From assembly GCF_004010195.1 (NCBI RefSeq), contig NC_057750.1, forward strand, positions 16,746,450 through 16,810,449: a stretch of 64,000 bases of DNA, read 5' to 3'. The stretch is from Chiloscyllium plagiosum (Eukaryota). Made by a program: the position numbers and the translations under genes. The notes beneath the pieces were generated by a model. It was given only the letters and a program-made list of their open reading frames with translations. It was not told the origin of the DNA and did no database searches. This document shows positions 13,299 to 25,725 of this stretch, piece by piece. Position 1 is the first letter of the stretch; each line of letters begins with the position of its first letter.

Positions 13299-13888
13299 CT
13301 TTGCTCCTTCACAAGCTATGACCCAGAAAATAGCACCGTCGTTTTGCTTTGTAAAAAAGTGCTCCAGGCTAACTTAGTACTTATGACACATATTTTTAAA
13401 ATTTAATCAAGAGGCAGATCTCAATAAAACATAATCAAGAAAGAACCCATTTTACTCATTATTATAGATTTACAGCAAGGCTACACTTAAAACTATGCAC
13501 TTATCTGTTCCCGTCTGTGAGCTTTCCCACACAGGCTCCTCCAAGGTCAGCTGTGAATTTTGCTGTTCGTTAATTTTTCCTAGATGTACTTTGATGTCTA
13601 GGGATAAAGAACTCAAACAGCAAAGGCAGTAACTGCAGATTCACTGCTGTGTCAGACAGCAGTTTAAGTTTTTCTGTTTCTCTCTCACTGATCATGTGGT
13701 TGCTGCATTTGTGTCTTCCTGCTTTTTAAAGTGCTGTTGTTTGAATTTTTTTCCCCAAAGTTCCAAAACAATTGCAACAGCGCATAAAACAGTAATTGCT
13801 GCTCCTGGAATTCGAGGAAATCACCTCCAACACCTAAAATACTGGAAATGTTACAGCTACAGTTTTTTCCTGTCCGCCATCTTGGATT

Positions 13889-14169
13889 CACAGTAGACAG
13901 GGTGGTGAAGAAAGCATTTGGCACGCTTGCCTTCATTGGTCAGTGCGTTGAGTACAGGCATTGAGATGCCATGTTGCAGGTGTACAAGAGATTGGTTAGG
14001 CCACTTTTAGAATACTGCATTCAGTTCTGGTCTCCAGAAAGACTTTGTTCAACTTAAAAGGGTACAGAAAAGATGTACAAGGATGCAGCTGGGTTTGAAT
14101 TATAGGGAGAGGTTGAATAGACTGGGACTTTTTTTGTTCTCTGGAGCATTGGAGTCTGAGGGGTAACAT
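13889..14169 (+). mobile_element. CR1 host element part 2 (between the nested CR1 and the Gypsy element)
   Basis: Resumes with cacagtagacagggtggtgaagaaagc, the sequence expected after 9225 by comparison with 39365-39400. Confidence 0.85.
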
Positions 14170-14940
14170 TTTTCTGAAGTTGAACATGTGCACTATACCT
14201 TTCAGAAAGAGTGAATGCTGTTTTGTACTGAGATCTTACAAGCATCTGTCATATGAGTAACTAGCTGTCTCAGAGTGTACTGGAAAATTGAAAATATGTA
14301 ACATTCGGCTATGACGTAGATACCCGAGTTGGTTGCTGTTTTAACAACAACTCAACTTTAGCCAATCAATTTAAATTATGCCCCAGGATACTAAAACCCA
14401 ATCAAGTTTGAATTGATTGATTTTGCCAACCTCAAAAATGAGATGATCCAATGTTTGGGGTATATAAAAAAAACAGGCATTTTGAAAGACAGGCAGAGAG
14501 TAACTGCCAGTGAGAAAGACTGCCAATCAAAACACTCTCTATCAAAGGTATTTTTCTTCATATGAAATATCTTTGCAGTAAAAGACAGAAGATGACCCAG
14601 GGATATCTTAGCCAATAGAAGAAGGATATTGGAGACGACAGCTGCTGTGTGGTTTTGCATTAAGTTGATGTAATTTTAATAAGTGTTTTTCTTGGAACAG
14701 TAAATTGTTAGAGTTGGAGGCAGATAACAAGCAGTTATGAGAAAGGGAGGAGCTTAGAGTTGCAAACATTTGTTGTTTGATGTTCACTTTTAGAGTTAAG
14801 GACTAAATTGATATTATTTCCTACAAATAGTAGAATTTGGGAGTTCTCTGTCATTCCTATTTTAACAGATTATGAGGTGGGGTGAGCTTTTCTGGGTGTT
14901 TGGTTTAATTAGCAGAAAGGTTCACCACCATGTCATAACA
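14170..14940 (+). repeat. 5' LTR
   Basis: Aligns with 19954-20732; ends ...ATAACA. Confidence 0.93.
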
Positions 14941-14942
14941 GC

Positions 14943-14963
14943 TTAGGGGCTTGGGTCTGTGAT
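14943..14963 (+). promoter_or_regulatory. Primer-binding site, tRNA-Pro-like (degenerate)
   Basis: TTAGGGGCTTGGGTCTGTGAT resembles TGGGGGCTCGTCCGGGAT; a related copy reads TGGGGGTTCAGATCCATGAT on the minus strand at ~30313-30332. Confidence 0.65.
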
Positions 14964-15143
14964 TTGGACAGGTTTAGACAGATCCAGTCTGAGATTTGGA
15001 TAGATTTGAACAGATTTAGGGCACAAAAGATCCCAGCAGATATTTAAACACTTGCCGGTTAGTGTCCTAGACCTTTAAATGAAACGTAGGCGAGACAATA
15101 TAATTTTGGTTACTTGTGATTGGTTAAATTAGAAGTTAGAAAA

Positions 15144-16520
15144 ATGGCTCTTAAAATTGCTAATGAAGTTCTGGGGTTTGAAGATGATTCCTAAATTTGC
15201 CAAAAAAGCTTGGAAAAACAGAAGAAGGCCAAATGTTTAGAATCATCAAAGAGTTAGAATTGGGTTTAACCAGGCACAAGAGTAAAGCTGAAATTGTAAG
15301 GGAGTTACTCAAGCAGAGTAACAGGCAAATGCAGTAGTTAGAAAAACTTAAATTACAATTGAGGAAAATGGAGTTAGAAGACCAAGAAAGGGAAAGAAGG
15401 GCCATGAGAGAGAGAGGGAAAAGAAAGAGCGAGAGGAGAGAAAGGGAGAGAGAGAAGAAAAGAAAAAGAGAGAGAAAGAGAGAGAAGAAAAGGAGAGAGA
15501 GAGAGAGAGAGAAGAAAGAGAAAAAGAGAGACAGGAAAAGGAAAATAGAGGAGGTTCTTAGCTGAGCAAAGAGAGAGGGAAGAGAGAGCAAGAGAAAGAC
15601 AGAGAATTTAAACTTCAGAAGTTGTGAATTAATCAGGAAAGTCAAGTTAACTGGATGGAGATGAAGAGAGAAAGTAATGATGTGTACAAATATGTTAAAA
15701 CATTGCCACATTTTGTTGAGAAAGATGTCAAAGCCTTCTTTATTTCATTTGAAAAATTGGCTAGGCAGACGGAGTGGTCCAAGGACTTGTGGGTAATGCT
15801 AGTTCAGACTAAGCTAGTGAGGTGTTTGCTGCGCTGTCAGATGAGGGGTCAAGAGATTGTACAGATGTCAAAAAGGCTATTTTGGGTGCTTATTAATTGG
15901 TACCAGAAGCTTATAGACAACAGTTCAGAAAGATAAAGAAGGAACCCAGGTCAGACTTCTGTTCAGTTCAAAAGAATGAAACATAGTAATTTTGATAGAG
16001 GGGTGCTGGCCTTAAAAATAGAAAAGACCTATGAGGCTCTAAGAGAGATTAATCTGCTGGACGAGTTTAAAAACTCACTTCCAGAGATGATAAGAATTCA
16101 TGTGGGTGAACAGAAAGTTCAAGAATTAAGAAGAGTGGCAGAGATGGCAGATGAATGTGCACTGGTGCATAAGGCAAAGTTTAGCTTCCAGCGAGAATTT
16201 CATCCTGTGAGGGATAGAAATTGGGAGAAGGGGGGATCCCCAACTACAAAACAAAGAGTAGAGCACACAGGTAACTGGTTTGCCACAGGTTAAAAAAGAA
16301 GCCCAAGAGGGTGGAAAGGAGGTGAAAGGCTGCAGGTGTTTTCACTACAAGAAAGTGGGACACGTCAAGTCACAGTGTTGGTCGTTAAAGAAAGGCACTG
16401 TGAGAAAAGATGTGGTAAAAGAAATTAAGCCAGTAGCATTCGTGAAAGCAGTAAAGGAAACCCCAAGAAAAGTTGAGGAGCTGCAGGAGAGTGCACAGCC
16501 TAGCCGGGGCTGGGTATTGA
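15144..16520 (+). pseudogene. gag: Gypsy gag remnant
   Basis: MALKIA start, E/R/K coiled coil, LPHFVEKDVKAFFISFEK, LLDEFKNSLP capsid C-terminal segment, CFHYKKVGHVKSQC knuckle; stops and frameshifts. Confidence 0.85.
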
Positions 16521-16549
16521 GTTTGTGCCTGATCTCTATAAAGAATTCA

Positions 16550-19500
16550 ACATTGTGGGTAAAGTTTACTCAGAAAGAACAGGGGAGAAAGGAAAGAAGT
16601 TATAATTTTGAGAGATATTGGATCTAATCAGTCTCTAATAGTAAGAGATGAACGTATTTGTACTCTTTCTGACCTGTTACCTGAGAGTGGTAATTTGTGG
16701 GACAGATGGACAGAAATTTAGTGTTCCCTTAAGTAAAATCAGGTTGGAGTGCCAAATCAAGACTGGGGAAGTAACAGTGAGAGTGATTGACAGAGTGTTA
16801 GTTCCAGGAATACAGTTTGTTCTTGGGAACAATTTAGCAGGATCCAACTTGGGAGTGACACCCCTTGTTGTGGAGAAGCCAAAGGAAGACCAGGGAACTG
16901 AGGAGTTAAAAGAAAAATACCCTGGAATTTTTCCAAACTGTGTTGTAACAAGATCGCATGATCAGAAGTCACAGCACAAAGCAAAAACTAAAGAGAAAGA
17001 TGAAGGAGTTCAGGTTCAGTTAGTGGATACCCTGTTTGATGTAATGGTACAGGAAAGATCTGAATAGGTCGAAGTATTTAGTCCTGAAAGGCTAAAGGAC
17101 TTACAACAGAAAGACAAGACAATAAAAGATATATATATATACATTGATTTATACTCAGAAAAGGAATCAGAATGTATTCCTGAGGGTTATCATCTTAATG
17201 CTAGAATCCTAAGACAAAAATGTAGACCAAGGCAGGTTAGGGCAGAGAAGAAATGGGCAGAAATGCAACAGATTGTGTTGCCAGTAGCATACAAACAAAG
17301 TGTTCGGGTAACACGTGAATTACCAGTAGGAGGTCACCTCAGTGTGAGGAAGACTCAGGCTAAGGTACAAAAGCGTTTCTATTGGCCTGGAATGCACAAG
17401 GATGTGGATAACATTTGCCGTACACATCATTCCTGACAAATGGTAGGTAAGCCACAGTCAGTAATAAAACCAGAACCTTTGTTGCCAATTCCTGCATTCA
17501 ACCTTTCACACTCATTTTGATTGATTGTGTAGGTCCCCTTCCTAAAACTAAGAGAGGGAACCAGTACTTGCTAACGATAATGGACGTGTCTGCCAGATTT
17601 CTGCAGGCAATTCCATTATGGGGTATTAAGACAAAAAGGGTGGTAGAGGAGTTAGTAGCTTTCTTCACACTACAGCACTTTAAATCCAGTATGTATCATC
17701 CTGAATCCTAGGGAGTTTAGAAATGTGGCATCAGACCCTGAAGACCATGTTAAGAGCGTATGTTAGGATTACCAGAAGGATTGAGATAAAGGTATCCCAT
17801 TCGTATTGTTTGCCATTAGAGATGCCCCAAATGAATCAGTTCAGTTTGCTCCCTTTGAGTTAATATTCAGACATGATGTGAGAGGGCCTTTGAAATTAAT
17901 TATAGAGCAATTGACAGGACCAAAGTCAGAGATGTTATACTTGGATTATGTATCTGAGGTGAGGGAGAGATTAAATCAGGTAGGTGGGTTTGCTAAACAG
18001 CATCTGAAGAGAGGGCACAGCATGGAATGAAGCAGATGGTAGATTAAAAACTCTAAAATTCAGACATTTTCTCGTGGGGATGACATATTAGTATTGTTAC
18101 CAGTGGTAAAAACTCCCTTCAAAGCCAAATTTAGTGGTCCCTATCAAATTGAGGAAAAGTTAAATCAGGTACAATGCCTGGTAAAGATGCCAGATAGGAA
18201 AAAAAAAGCTGTATTGGGTGTGTCATGTGTATATGCTGAAACCTTATTATAATAGAAACAGGGAACTGGAGAAACAGGTGTTAGTTACTGCCCTGCAGAG
18301 TGAGGAATCAAATCCAGATGTCTTGGATATGATGTACCTCAAAATACATTAAACAATGAGGAAGTCTTTGAGGAGTGGGATAGGTTAGTGAACTGTCTAT
18401 CTCAGGAGCAAAGGACCCAGTTGAAAGGTTTGTTACAGCAATATGAGGACATATGCAGGAATAAAATGGGGAGGACTAATGGTATTGTGCATGAGGCGGA
18501 AGTAGGGAATGCTGTTCCAGACTTAAACAACACTGCTGCAGACTTAATCCTTTCAAAGCCACACGTCCAGAAGGAAGTGAATGTGATGCTCAACAAAGAT
18601 ATCATCGAACCGAGTCAGAGCGAATGGAGTTCGCCGATCATGTTAGTTCCCAAACCTGAGAAGACTCAATGATTTTGTATGGACTATCGGAAGGTCAACG
18701 CAGTAACAAAATCAGATTCAAACCCATTACCAAGATTGGAGGATTGTATAGAGAAAGTTGGACAAGCCAGACACATCACAATATTGGACTAACTGCGTTG
18801 TTATTGGTAGGTACCTTTATCAGAGAAAGGAAACGACATCTCTGCATCTGTAACCCCAAATGGGCCAAATCAATTTAAAGTGATGTCTTTTGGAATGAAG
18901 AACGCATCAGCCACATTCCACAGACTCATGAACAGAGTTGTGGCTGGATTAGCAAACTGTGCAGCTTATCTGGATGATGTAGTGATCTTTAGCGAGTCAT
19001 GGAATGATCACATGGTACAGCTGACAGAGCTCTTTGAACGATTAACAGAAGCAAAACTGGTAATAGGCTGCAAAGGCAGAGGTGACGTTCTTGGGTCATC
19101 ACATCAGTCACGGATGCTTATTCCCCAAGGAACGCCAAGACGAAGGCCATTAAGGAATTTCCATGATCAACCTCGAAGAAAGAGGTGCTTCGATTTTTGG
19201 GTCTAAGCGGATTCCACCAGAGGTTTGTTCCAAACGTCAGCAGCCTCATGGCACTGCTAACAGATTTCCTGAAGAAGAACACAAAATTTCGGTGGACAGA
19301 ATAATGCCAGGAGGCATTTGACAATTTAAAACAGTATTAACCACTGCACCAGTTTTAGCAAATCTTTTGAAACCCTTCAAAGTTGTAATCGATGCTGGTG
19401 ATATTGGAGTTGGAGCTGCACTGCTGCAGGATGATGATGATGGAATTGAACGGCCAATTGGTTACTTTTCAAAGAAACTCAACACCCACCAGAGAAAATA

Positions 19501-19747
19501 CTCTACCATCAAAAAGGAACTATTGAGTTTGGTGCTAGTTTCACAACATTTTAATGTTTATGTAACGAACAATGCATCTGAAACAATTGTGTACACAGAT
19601 CACAATCCTCTTACATTCTTGGAACTATTTAAAGACAGGAATGTGAGACTATTTCATTGGAGTCTTATGTTACAGACTTCTAATTTGCAAATTGTACATG
19701 TTGCGGGTTCTAAAAATGTGATAGCAGATGCATTATTGCGGATTTAA
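16550..19747 (+). pseudogene. pol: Gypsy pol remnant: protease (~16600), integrase (~17100-18250), RT (~18400-19350), RNase H (19367-19747)
   Basis: Motifs in order: ILRDIGS; HELPVGGHL..FYWPGM; IDCVGPLP; YHPES; FSGPYQI; SEWSSPIMLVPK; MSFGMKNA; YLDD; DAGDIGVGA; YTDHNPL; ADALL. Confidence 0.92.
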
Positions 19748-19943
19748 AGGATAAAATATAGATAAGATTGAACAGATACCAATCTTTTATGTGTGTGTGT
19801 GGATGTGTGTGTCTGTGTGGCTGTGTGTGTGTGCAGAAATTAATATGAACTTAGATTAATGCCCTATGTATTTCATTATAATGGGATTAAGAATTAGAAA
19901 GAAAAGAAGCCATCTTTTCATTATGATGGTTCATTTTTTCCTT

Positions 19944-19953
19944 AAGGAGGAGG
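19944..19953 (+). promoter_or_regulatory. Polypurine tract
   Basis: AAGGAGGAGG immediately before the TGTTAC start of the 3' LTR. Confidence 0.85.
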
Positions 19954-20732
19954 TGTTACGAAGTTGAAGGTGTATTCTGCACTTTTAAGAGAGTGTGAAT
20001 GCTGTTTTGCACTGACAGCTTACAAGCACTTGTCTATGACTAACTAGCAGTCTCAGAGTGGACTGGAAAATTGAAAATATGTAATATCTATATGTGATAT
20101 AGATACCCAAGTTGGTTGCTGTTTTGACACCAATTCGAATTTAGCCAATCAGTTTAAATTATGCCCCAGGATACTAAAACCCAAACGAGTTTGAGTTTAT
20201 TGATTTTGACAACCTCAAACCAATGAGATGATCCATTGTTTGGGGTATAAAAAATATGTTTGGGGCATTTTGAAAGTCAGACAGAGAGTAACTGCCAGCA
20301 AGAAAGATTGCTATTCAAAACACTCTCTATCAAAGGTACCCTTGTTTCATATGAAACATCTTTGCAGCAAAAGACAGAAGATGACCCAGGGAGATCTACA
20401 GTTGAAAGAAGAAGGACATCGGAGACAACAGTCGTTGTGTGGTTTTGAAATTAAGTTGAGGTAATTTTAATAGGTGTTTTTATTGAAACAGTATATTGTT
20501 ATAGAGTTGGAGGCAGATAACAAGCAGTTAAGAGAAATGGGGGCTTAGAGTTGTGAACATTTATTGTTTAATGTTCACTTTTAGGGTTAAAAAATAAATT
20601 GATATTATTTTCTTTAAATAGGGAAATTTGGGAGTTCTCTGTCACTCACATTTTAACAGATTACATGGTGAGGTGAGCTTATTCCGAGTGTTTGGTTTAA
20701 TTAACAGAAGGATTCACCTCTGTGTTGTAACT
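19954..20732 (+). repeat. 3' LTR
   Basis: Starts TGTTAC, ends ...TTGTAAC; direct repeat of 14170-14940. Confidence 0.93.
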
Positions 20733-21097
20733 CCTTATCGTGGTTTATAAAATCATGAGGGGCATGGATAGGGTGAATAGACAAGATCTTTTTCCCATGG
20801 CAGGGGAGTCAAAAACTAGGGGAATAGGTTTAAGATGAGAGGGGAAAGATTTAAAAGAGACCTAAGGGGCAATCGTTTCAGACAGAGGGTGGTGTGTGTA
20901 TGGAATGATCTGCCAGAGGAAATAGTAGAGGTTGGTACAATTATGATATGTAAAAGGACCTGGATGCACATACAAATAGGAAGGGTTTAGAAGGATATGG
21001 GCCAAATGCTGGTAAATGGGACTAGATTAGTTTAGGATGTCTGGTCATCATGGGCATGTTGAACCAAAGGGTCTATCTCTATGCTGTACAATTCTAT
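20733..21097 (+). mobile_element. CR1 host element part 3 (3' end)
   Basis: Resumes with ccttatcgtggtttataaaatcatgagg and runs to the CR1 tail. Confidence 0.9.
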
Positions 21098-21204
21098 AAC
21101 GATATTAGTTTTCAACCTTATTGCCTTGTCCCACTCGTTACAGAACTTCATCTTCATCATCGAACCTAACATTCCCAAGACCACACAATTCCTCAGAATT
21201 CGAT

Positions 21205-21499
21205 TAGATTCCCTACAGTGTGGAAACAGGCCCTTCGATCCAACAAGACTCTCTGAAGAGTAACCCACCCAGACCCATTTCCCTCTGGCTAATGGACCTA
21301 ACACTATGGGCAATTTAGTATGGCCAGACCACCTGACCTGCACATCTTTGGACTCTGGGAGGAAACCGGAGCACCCGGAGGGAACCCATACAGACATGGG
21401 GAGCACGTGCAAATCCCACACAGTCGCCAGAGGCTGGAATCGAACCCAGGTCCCTGGCACTGTGAGGCTGCAGTGCTAATCACTGAGCTACCATGCCAT
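21205..21499 (-). mobile_element. HE1 SINE
   Basis: A box TAGCTCAGTG and B box GGTTCGATTCC on the minus strand. Confidence 0.92.
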
Positions 21500-21776
21500 C
21501 CATTTGCTCTGCTGCTGATGGCCACTGCTGCAGACAATCAGGTCTCACACTCAGGAACTCTTTCCTTAAATCCCACTGTCTCTCCTAACTCCCTTAAAAC
21601 TCTCTTTTAAACTCATCGCTCTGATCATCTCTTCCTGAAATCTTCTCATTTTGACTTTGTGTGTATTATTTGTCTGACTAAACCTCTGGGAAATGTCTTT
21701 GGATTTCTTTCATGTTGAAGCTACTGTACGATTATAAGTTGTAATAGTTTGTTGTCTGTACAATCAAGAGGAGTTA

Positions 21777-21906
21777 GTGAGGACTGCAGATGCTGCACAT
21801 CAGAGTTGAGAGTGTGGTGCTGGTAAAGCACAGCAAGTCAGGCAGCAGCCTGCTCCTCGGCTTCTCCTGCTCCTCGGATGCTGCCTGACCTGCTGTGCTT
21901 TCTCCA
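21777..21906. mobile_element. Inverted pair of Penelope termini with the hammerhead centre deleted
   Basis: aaagcacagcaagtcaggcagca ... tgctgcctgacctgctgtgcttt inverted repeat; same family as 50101-50321. Confidence 0.75.
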
Positions 21907-22399
21907 TACAATTGCATTGTTCAGCAGTGGATTTCCTCAGTTGCCTCCATGACAGTGGCAACCCCACTTGGAAGCAACTTGTCTGTTGTGATGTACCCAA
22001 CTGTAACTCCATTGATTCCACCCTTACCTCTGATTCAGAATGTTGTGGTTGCTAGTCCCATTCAATGAGACTTTGGTGCCAAAATCAAACCTGATATTTC
22101 TGTGCATTTCTGACAGTAGGATTGGTTGGTCAATGGTTTAATTGATCTATATTTCACTGGATTAGTCTGTGAACTGATGTATGTTCACTGCTTGACTGAC
22201 AGCCTTTGTGTAGCCTTTGAGAGTTAAAATTATCCGAAACTTTAACAGAGAGACCTGAGGAGCTTTAGCTGTGAATAGGTGTCTGGGAATCCTATGGTGG
22301 TGAGATATTTTAAAGTACTGTAAATAAAGCTTCAAACTACTTTCATCTCTGCGCTACTTTGAGGTAAGTTCAGATATATAAAACATACAACTAACCACT

Positions 22400-22490
22400 G
22401 AATGCACAATACTGAGGGACTGCTGCACTGTTGGAGGTGCTGTCTTTCAGATGTCCCATTAACTCAATGGTCTACTTGCCCTCTGGGTTA
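22400..22490 (+). mobile_element. DeuSINE/SacSINE1-like relic (related relics near 450-520, 26595-26830 and 29060-29205)
   Basis: Recurrent core (gcag)tactgagggaNNgctgcactgtNNgaggtg. Confidence 0.55.
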
Positions 22491-23505
22491 GTGGTAAAGT
22501 AGCAATGCAGTTTATTGGCTTCAAGGTGTCTAAGGGACATACTGGCAGTTATGAAATGTACTATCCAAATGCAAAGCTCTTGCAGTAAGTCGTCCCAGGA
22601 TTACGAAAGACTAAGTTGATTTTCCCAGACTGGGTTACATTCCAGCCCTTATCCTAATAACAAAACTGCAATGTTTGTAGGAGTTCTAGACCCGACTGGC
22701 TCCAAGAATTGGCTTCCACGCTGAAATTGTTGCTGTTGATGAACAATGCATTCATAAACAACTGATTTCTTCTGAAGATTTATTTGTGCTGAATCAAATA
22801 TTTATACCAGTCAGGGCATGCAGAGATCCAGATGTTTGAGCTGGCAGACTCTGAAATGGTTTCTGACATGATCAGCAAAGCCTGCATGTTTACAACTAAA
22901 CATTTCTTTACTGTATATCTTATTGAGAAGCCAAAGTAAACTATTTTTTTTCCCAAATGTCACTGTTCCGCCAGTTCCATTTGTGCGAGCAACACGTCAG
23001 ATATTGTTCTAGCTTTCAATCAAGTCAAAGTCTTGCCTTCAATTCAATGAACAACAGCTTGGCTCCAGTACCATTTTTGATTGACTGTTATAGAACAAAA
23101 GAAGTAAGTGAAGGATTTGGTCCCTCCAGTCTGCTCCACTATTCAGTAAGGCCATGGCAGACCTGATTGTGGCCTAAATGCTAGTTTCCTTTCTCTTCCC
23201 CCATCCTCTCAACTCCCTGGTTGATCAAAAATGTGTTGGACTCCGCCTGAATATATTCAATGACCCAGTCTCCACTGCTCTCTTGGGAAAGAGAATTTCA
23301 AAGATGAGAGAGGAAACTCCTCCTCAGCTCATCCTAAATGGGTGACAATCTATTCTGGAACTTTCTCCTAATTCCCACATGGGGAAACATCCTCTCAGCT
23401 TCTATCTTGTCAAGCCCCATCCACATTCTATATGCTTTGAAGTGTCCGCTCTCCGTTTACTGTCAGTTACCGCTCCTCCATCTGTGCAGGTGTGTCACCT
23501 TATAC

Positions 23506-23825
23506 AATCCCTACAGTGTGGAAGTAGGCCATTTGGCCCGCTCCAAAAAGCATCCCACCCAGACCCACCCCATCCCTGTAATCCTGCATTTCCCATGGCT
23601 AATTTACCCAGCCAGCATATCCCTGGAACTTTGGGGCAACTTAGCATGGCCAATTCACCTAACCTGCAGATCTTTGGACTGTGGGAAGAAACCGGAGCAC
23701 CCGGAGGAAACCCACGCAGATGTGGGGAGAATGTGCAAACTCCACACAGACAGTCGCCCGAGGCTGGAATCGAACCTGGGTTCCTGGTGCTATGAGGTAG
23801 CAGTGCTAACGACTGAGCCACTGTG
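23506..23825 (-). mobile_element. HE1 SINE inside an older LINE 3' fragment (~23090-24030, -)
   Basis: Complete head, core and tail. Confidence 0.9.
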
Positions 23826-24544
23826 ATGAGGAATCCTTCAACTCTTGTGTATTAACTTGCTGTGTGGCACATTATCAAATACATGTTGGAAACCTACACC
23901 TACTACATCGACTGATTTATGTCAATTATTTCATCTTCAAACATCCTGGTCTGTTTACAACCTAAAGAACACAACTGAATTTGTCAAATCGGATTGCCCT
24001 TTCACAAAGCTGTGTTGCCCCTGCCAGTTCACATGATAATTGCTGACAACAAGTTTATTTTCTTTATTTTTCTATTCAGAGGTGCTCTTATACACAACTT
24101 ACTTTTTTCCCTATCAGCAAATTACCCATTCATCTATTAACCACCACCCATTAATCACTTGTGTTTCTAATTGAATAATTCACTTGAAAAATCCATTGAG
24201 GGCATCAGAGGTGTAGGAGAGGTAGGGAGAGAGGGTGGGGGCTAAATCAAAATGGAGTTGGACAAGCTGACCATCTTCAGGTCTTAGAACAAAGAAAATT
24301 TACAGCCCAGGAACAGGCCCTTTGGCCCTCCAAGCCTAAACCAATCCAAATCCACTGTCGAAACCTGTCGTCCAATTCCTAAGCTAGGTCTTGTGGCGAG
24401 TATGATCACCAGTCCTAAATCAGGTGTCCCTGTCTGTCATATTGACTAACCATCAGTCTTAGCATCCACCTGCTAAACCTGATGGGAAATCTGAAATAAA
24501 AACAGAAAATACTAGAGAAACTCAGCAGATCTGGAGAGAGTCAT

Positions 24545-25725
24545 TGAGTCATAGAATCATAGAGTCATAGAGATGTACAGCATGGAAATAGAGCTTTCGG
24601 TCCAACTCGTCAATGCCGACCAGCTATCCTAACCTAATCTAGTCCCACTTGCCAGCGCCTGACCCATATCTCTCCAAACCTTTCCTATTCATATCCCCTT
24701 CCAGGTGTCTTTTAAATGTTGCAATTGTACCAGCCTCCACCACTTCCTCTGGCAGTTCATTCCATACATGTACCACCCTCTGCGCTAATTTTATATCTTG
24801 CCCCTCTCATCCTAAACCTATGCCTTCTAGTTCTGGACTCCCCCAACCCTGGGAAAAGGCTTTGTCTATTTATCCATGATTTTATAAACCTCTATAAGGT
24901 CATCCTTAGCCTCAGACGCTCCAGAGAAATCAGCCCCAGCCTGTTCAAACTCTACTTATAGCGCAAATCCTCCAACCCTGGCAACATCCTTGTAACTCTT
25001 TAAAAAAAGACCCTTCAGCCCAACAAGTCGGCACCAACCCTCCAAAGAGTAATCCACCCTAATGCACCTAACACTGTGGACAATTTAGCATGGCCAATTC
25101 ACCTGACCTGCACATCATTGGATTGTGGGAGGAAACCACAGGAAACCCACGCAGACATGGGGAGAATGAGCAAACTCCACTGAGTTGGGAATCAAACCCA
25201 GGTCCCTAGTGCTGCGAGACAACAGTGCTAACCACTGGGCCACCTTGCGATTCTCTGATTGATAAAGGAAAGCATACCAAATGCCTTCTTTGGGGAAAGA
25301 TATAAAAGAGACCCAAGGGGCAACTTTTTCACACAGGGGATGGTAAGTGTATGGAATGAGCTGTCAGAGGAAGTAGTGGAGGCTGGTACAATTGCAACAT
25401 TTAAAAGTCATCTGGATGGGTATATGAATAGGAAGGGTTTGGAGGGATATGGGCCGGGTCCTGGCAGGTGGGACTAGAGTGGGTTGGGATAGCTGGTCGG
25501 GATGGATGAGTTGGACTGAAGGGTCTGTTTCCATGCTGTACATCTCTATGACTCTATGACTATCCTATCTACTTGTGACTCTACTTTCAAGGAGCTATGA
25601 ACCTGCACTGCAAGGTCTCTTTGTTCAGCAATACTCCCTAGGACCTTCCCATGAAGTGTATAAGTCCTACTAAAATTTGCCTTTCCAAAATTCAGGACCT
25701 CACATTTATTTGAACTCCATCTCTA
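24545..25725 (-). mobile_element. CR1 3' fragment, interrupted by an HE1 SINE (25010-25243, -) and a plus-strand CR1 3' end (25291-25560)
   Basis: Matches 9230-10045 piecewise; (TCATAGAG)n tail at 24548-24571. Confidence 0.85.

Larger units (their letters stand above)
9226..13888 (-). mobile_element. Near full-length decayed CR1 (HER1-like) LINE: 5' UTR, ORF1, ORF2 (APE-RT), (CTCTATGA)n-type tail
   Basis: Collinear ORF1 Zn-finger and esterase pieces, APE (YYRPPNS, GDFNFP, LDL), RT (NYRLVSL, QHGF, YMDFSK, FADD), the tail at ~9230-9250 and a 5' end AATCCAAGATGGCG. Confidence 0.95.
14170..20732 (+). mobile_element. Full-length decayed Ty3/Gypsy LTR retrotransposon, Gmr1-like (gag-PR-IN-RT-RH)
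   Basis: Two ~770-bp direct repeats, PBS, PPT, gag CCHC relic, protease ILRDIGS, integrase HH-CC/IDCVGP/GPY upstream of RT YLDD and RNase H. Confidence 0.95.

Noticed and set aside
15160..15711. 183-aa hydrophobic minus-strand ORF resembling a membrane protein
   Set aside because: Antisense reading of the AG-rich gag tract.
14170..20732. Endogenous retrovirus (suggested by the tRNA-Pro-like PBS)
   Set aside because: No env, only ~200 bp between RNase H and the PPT, and the RT, RNase H and integrase motifs are Gypsy-type.
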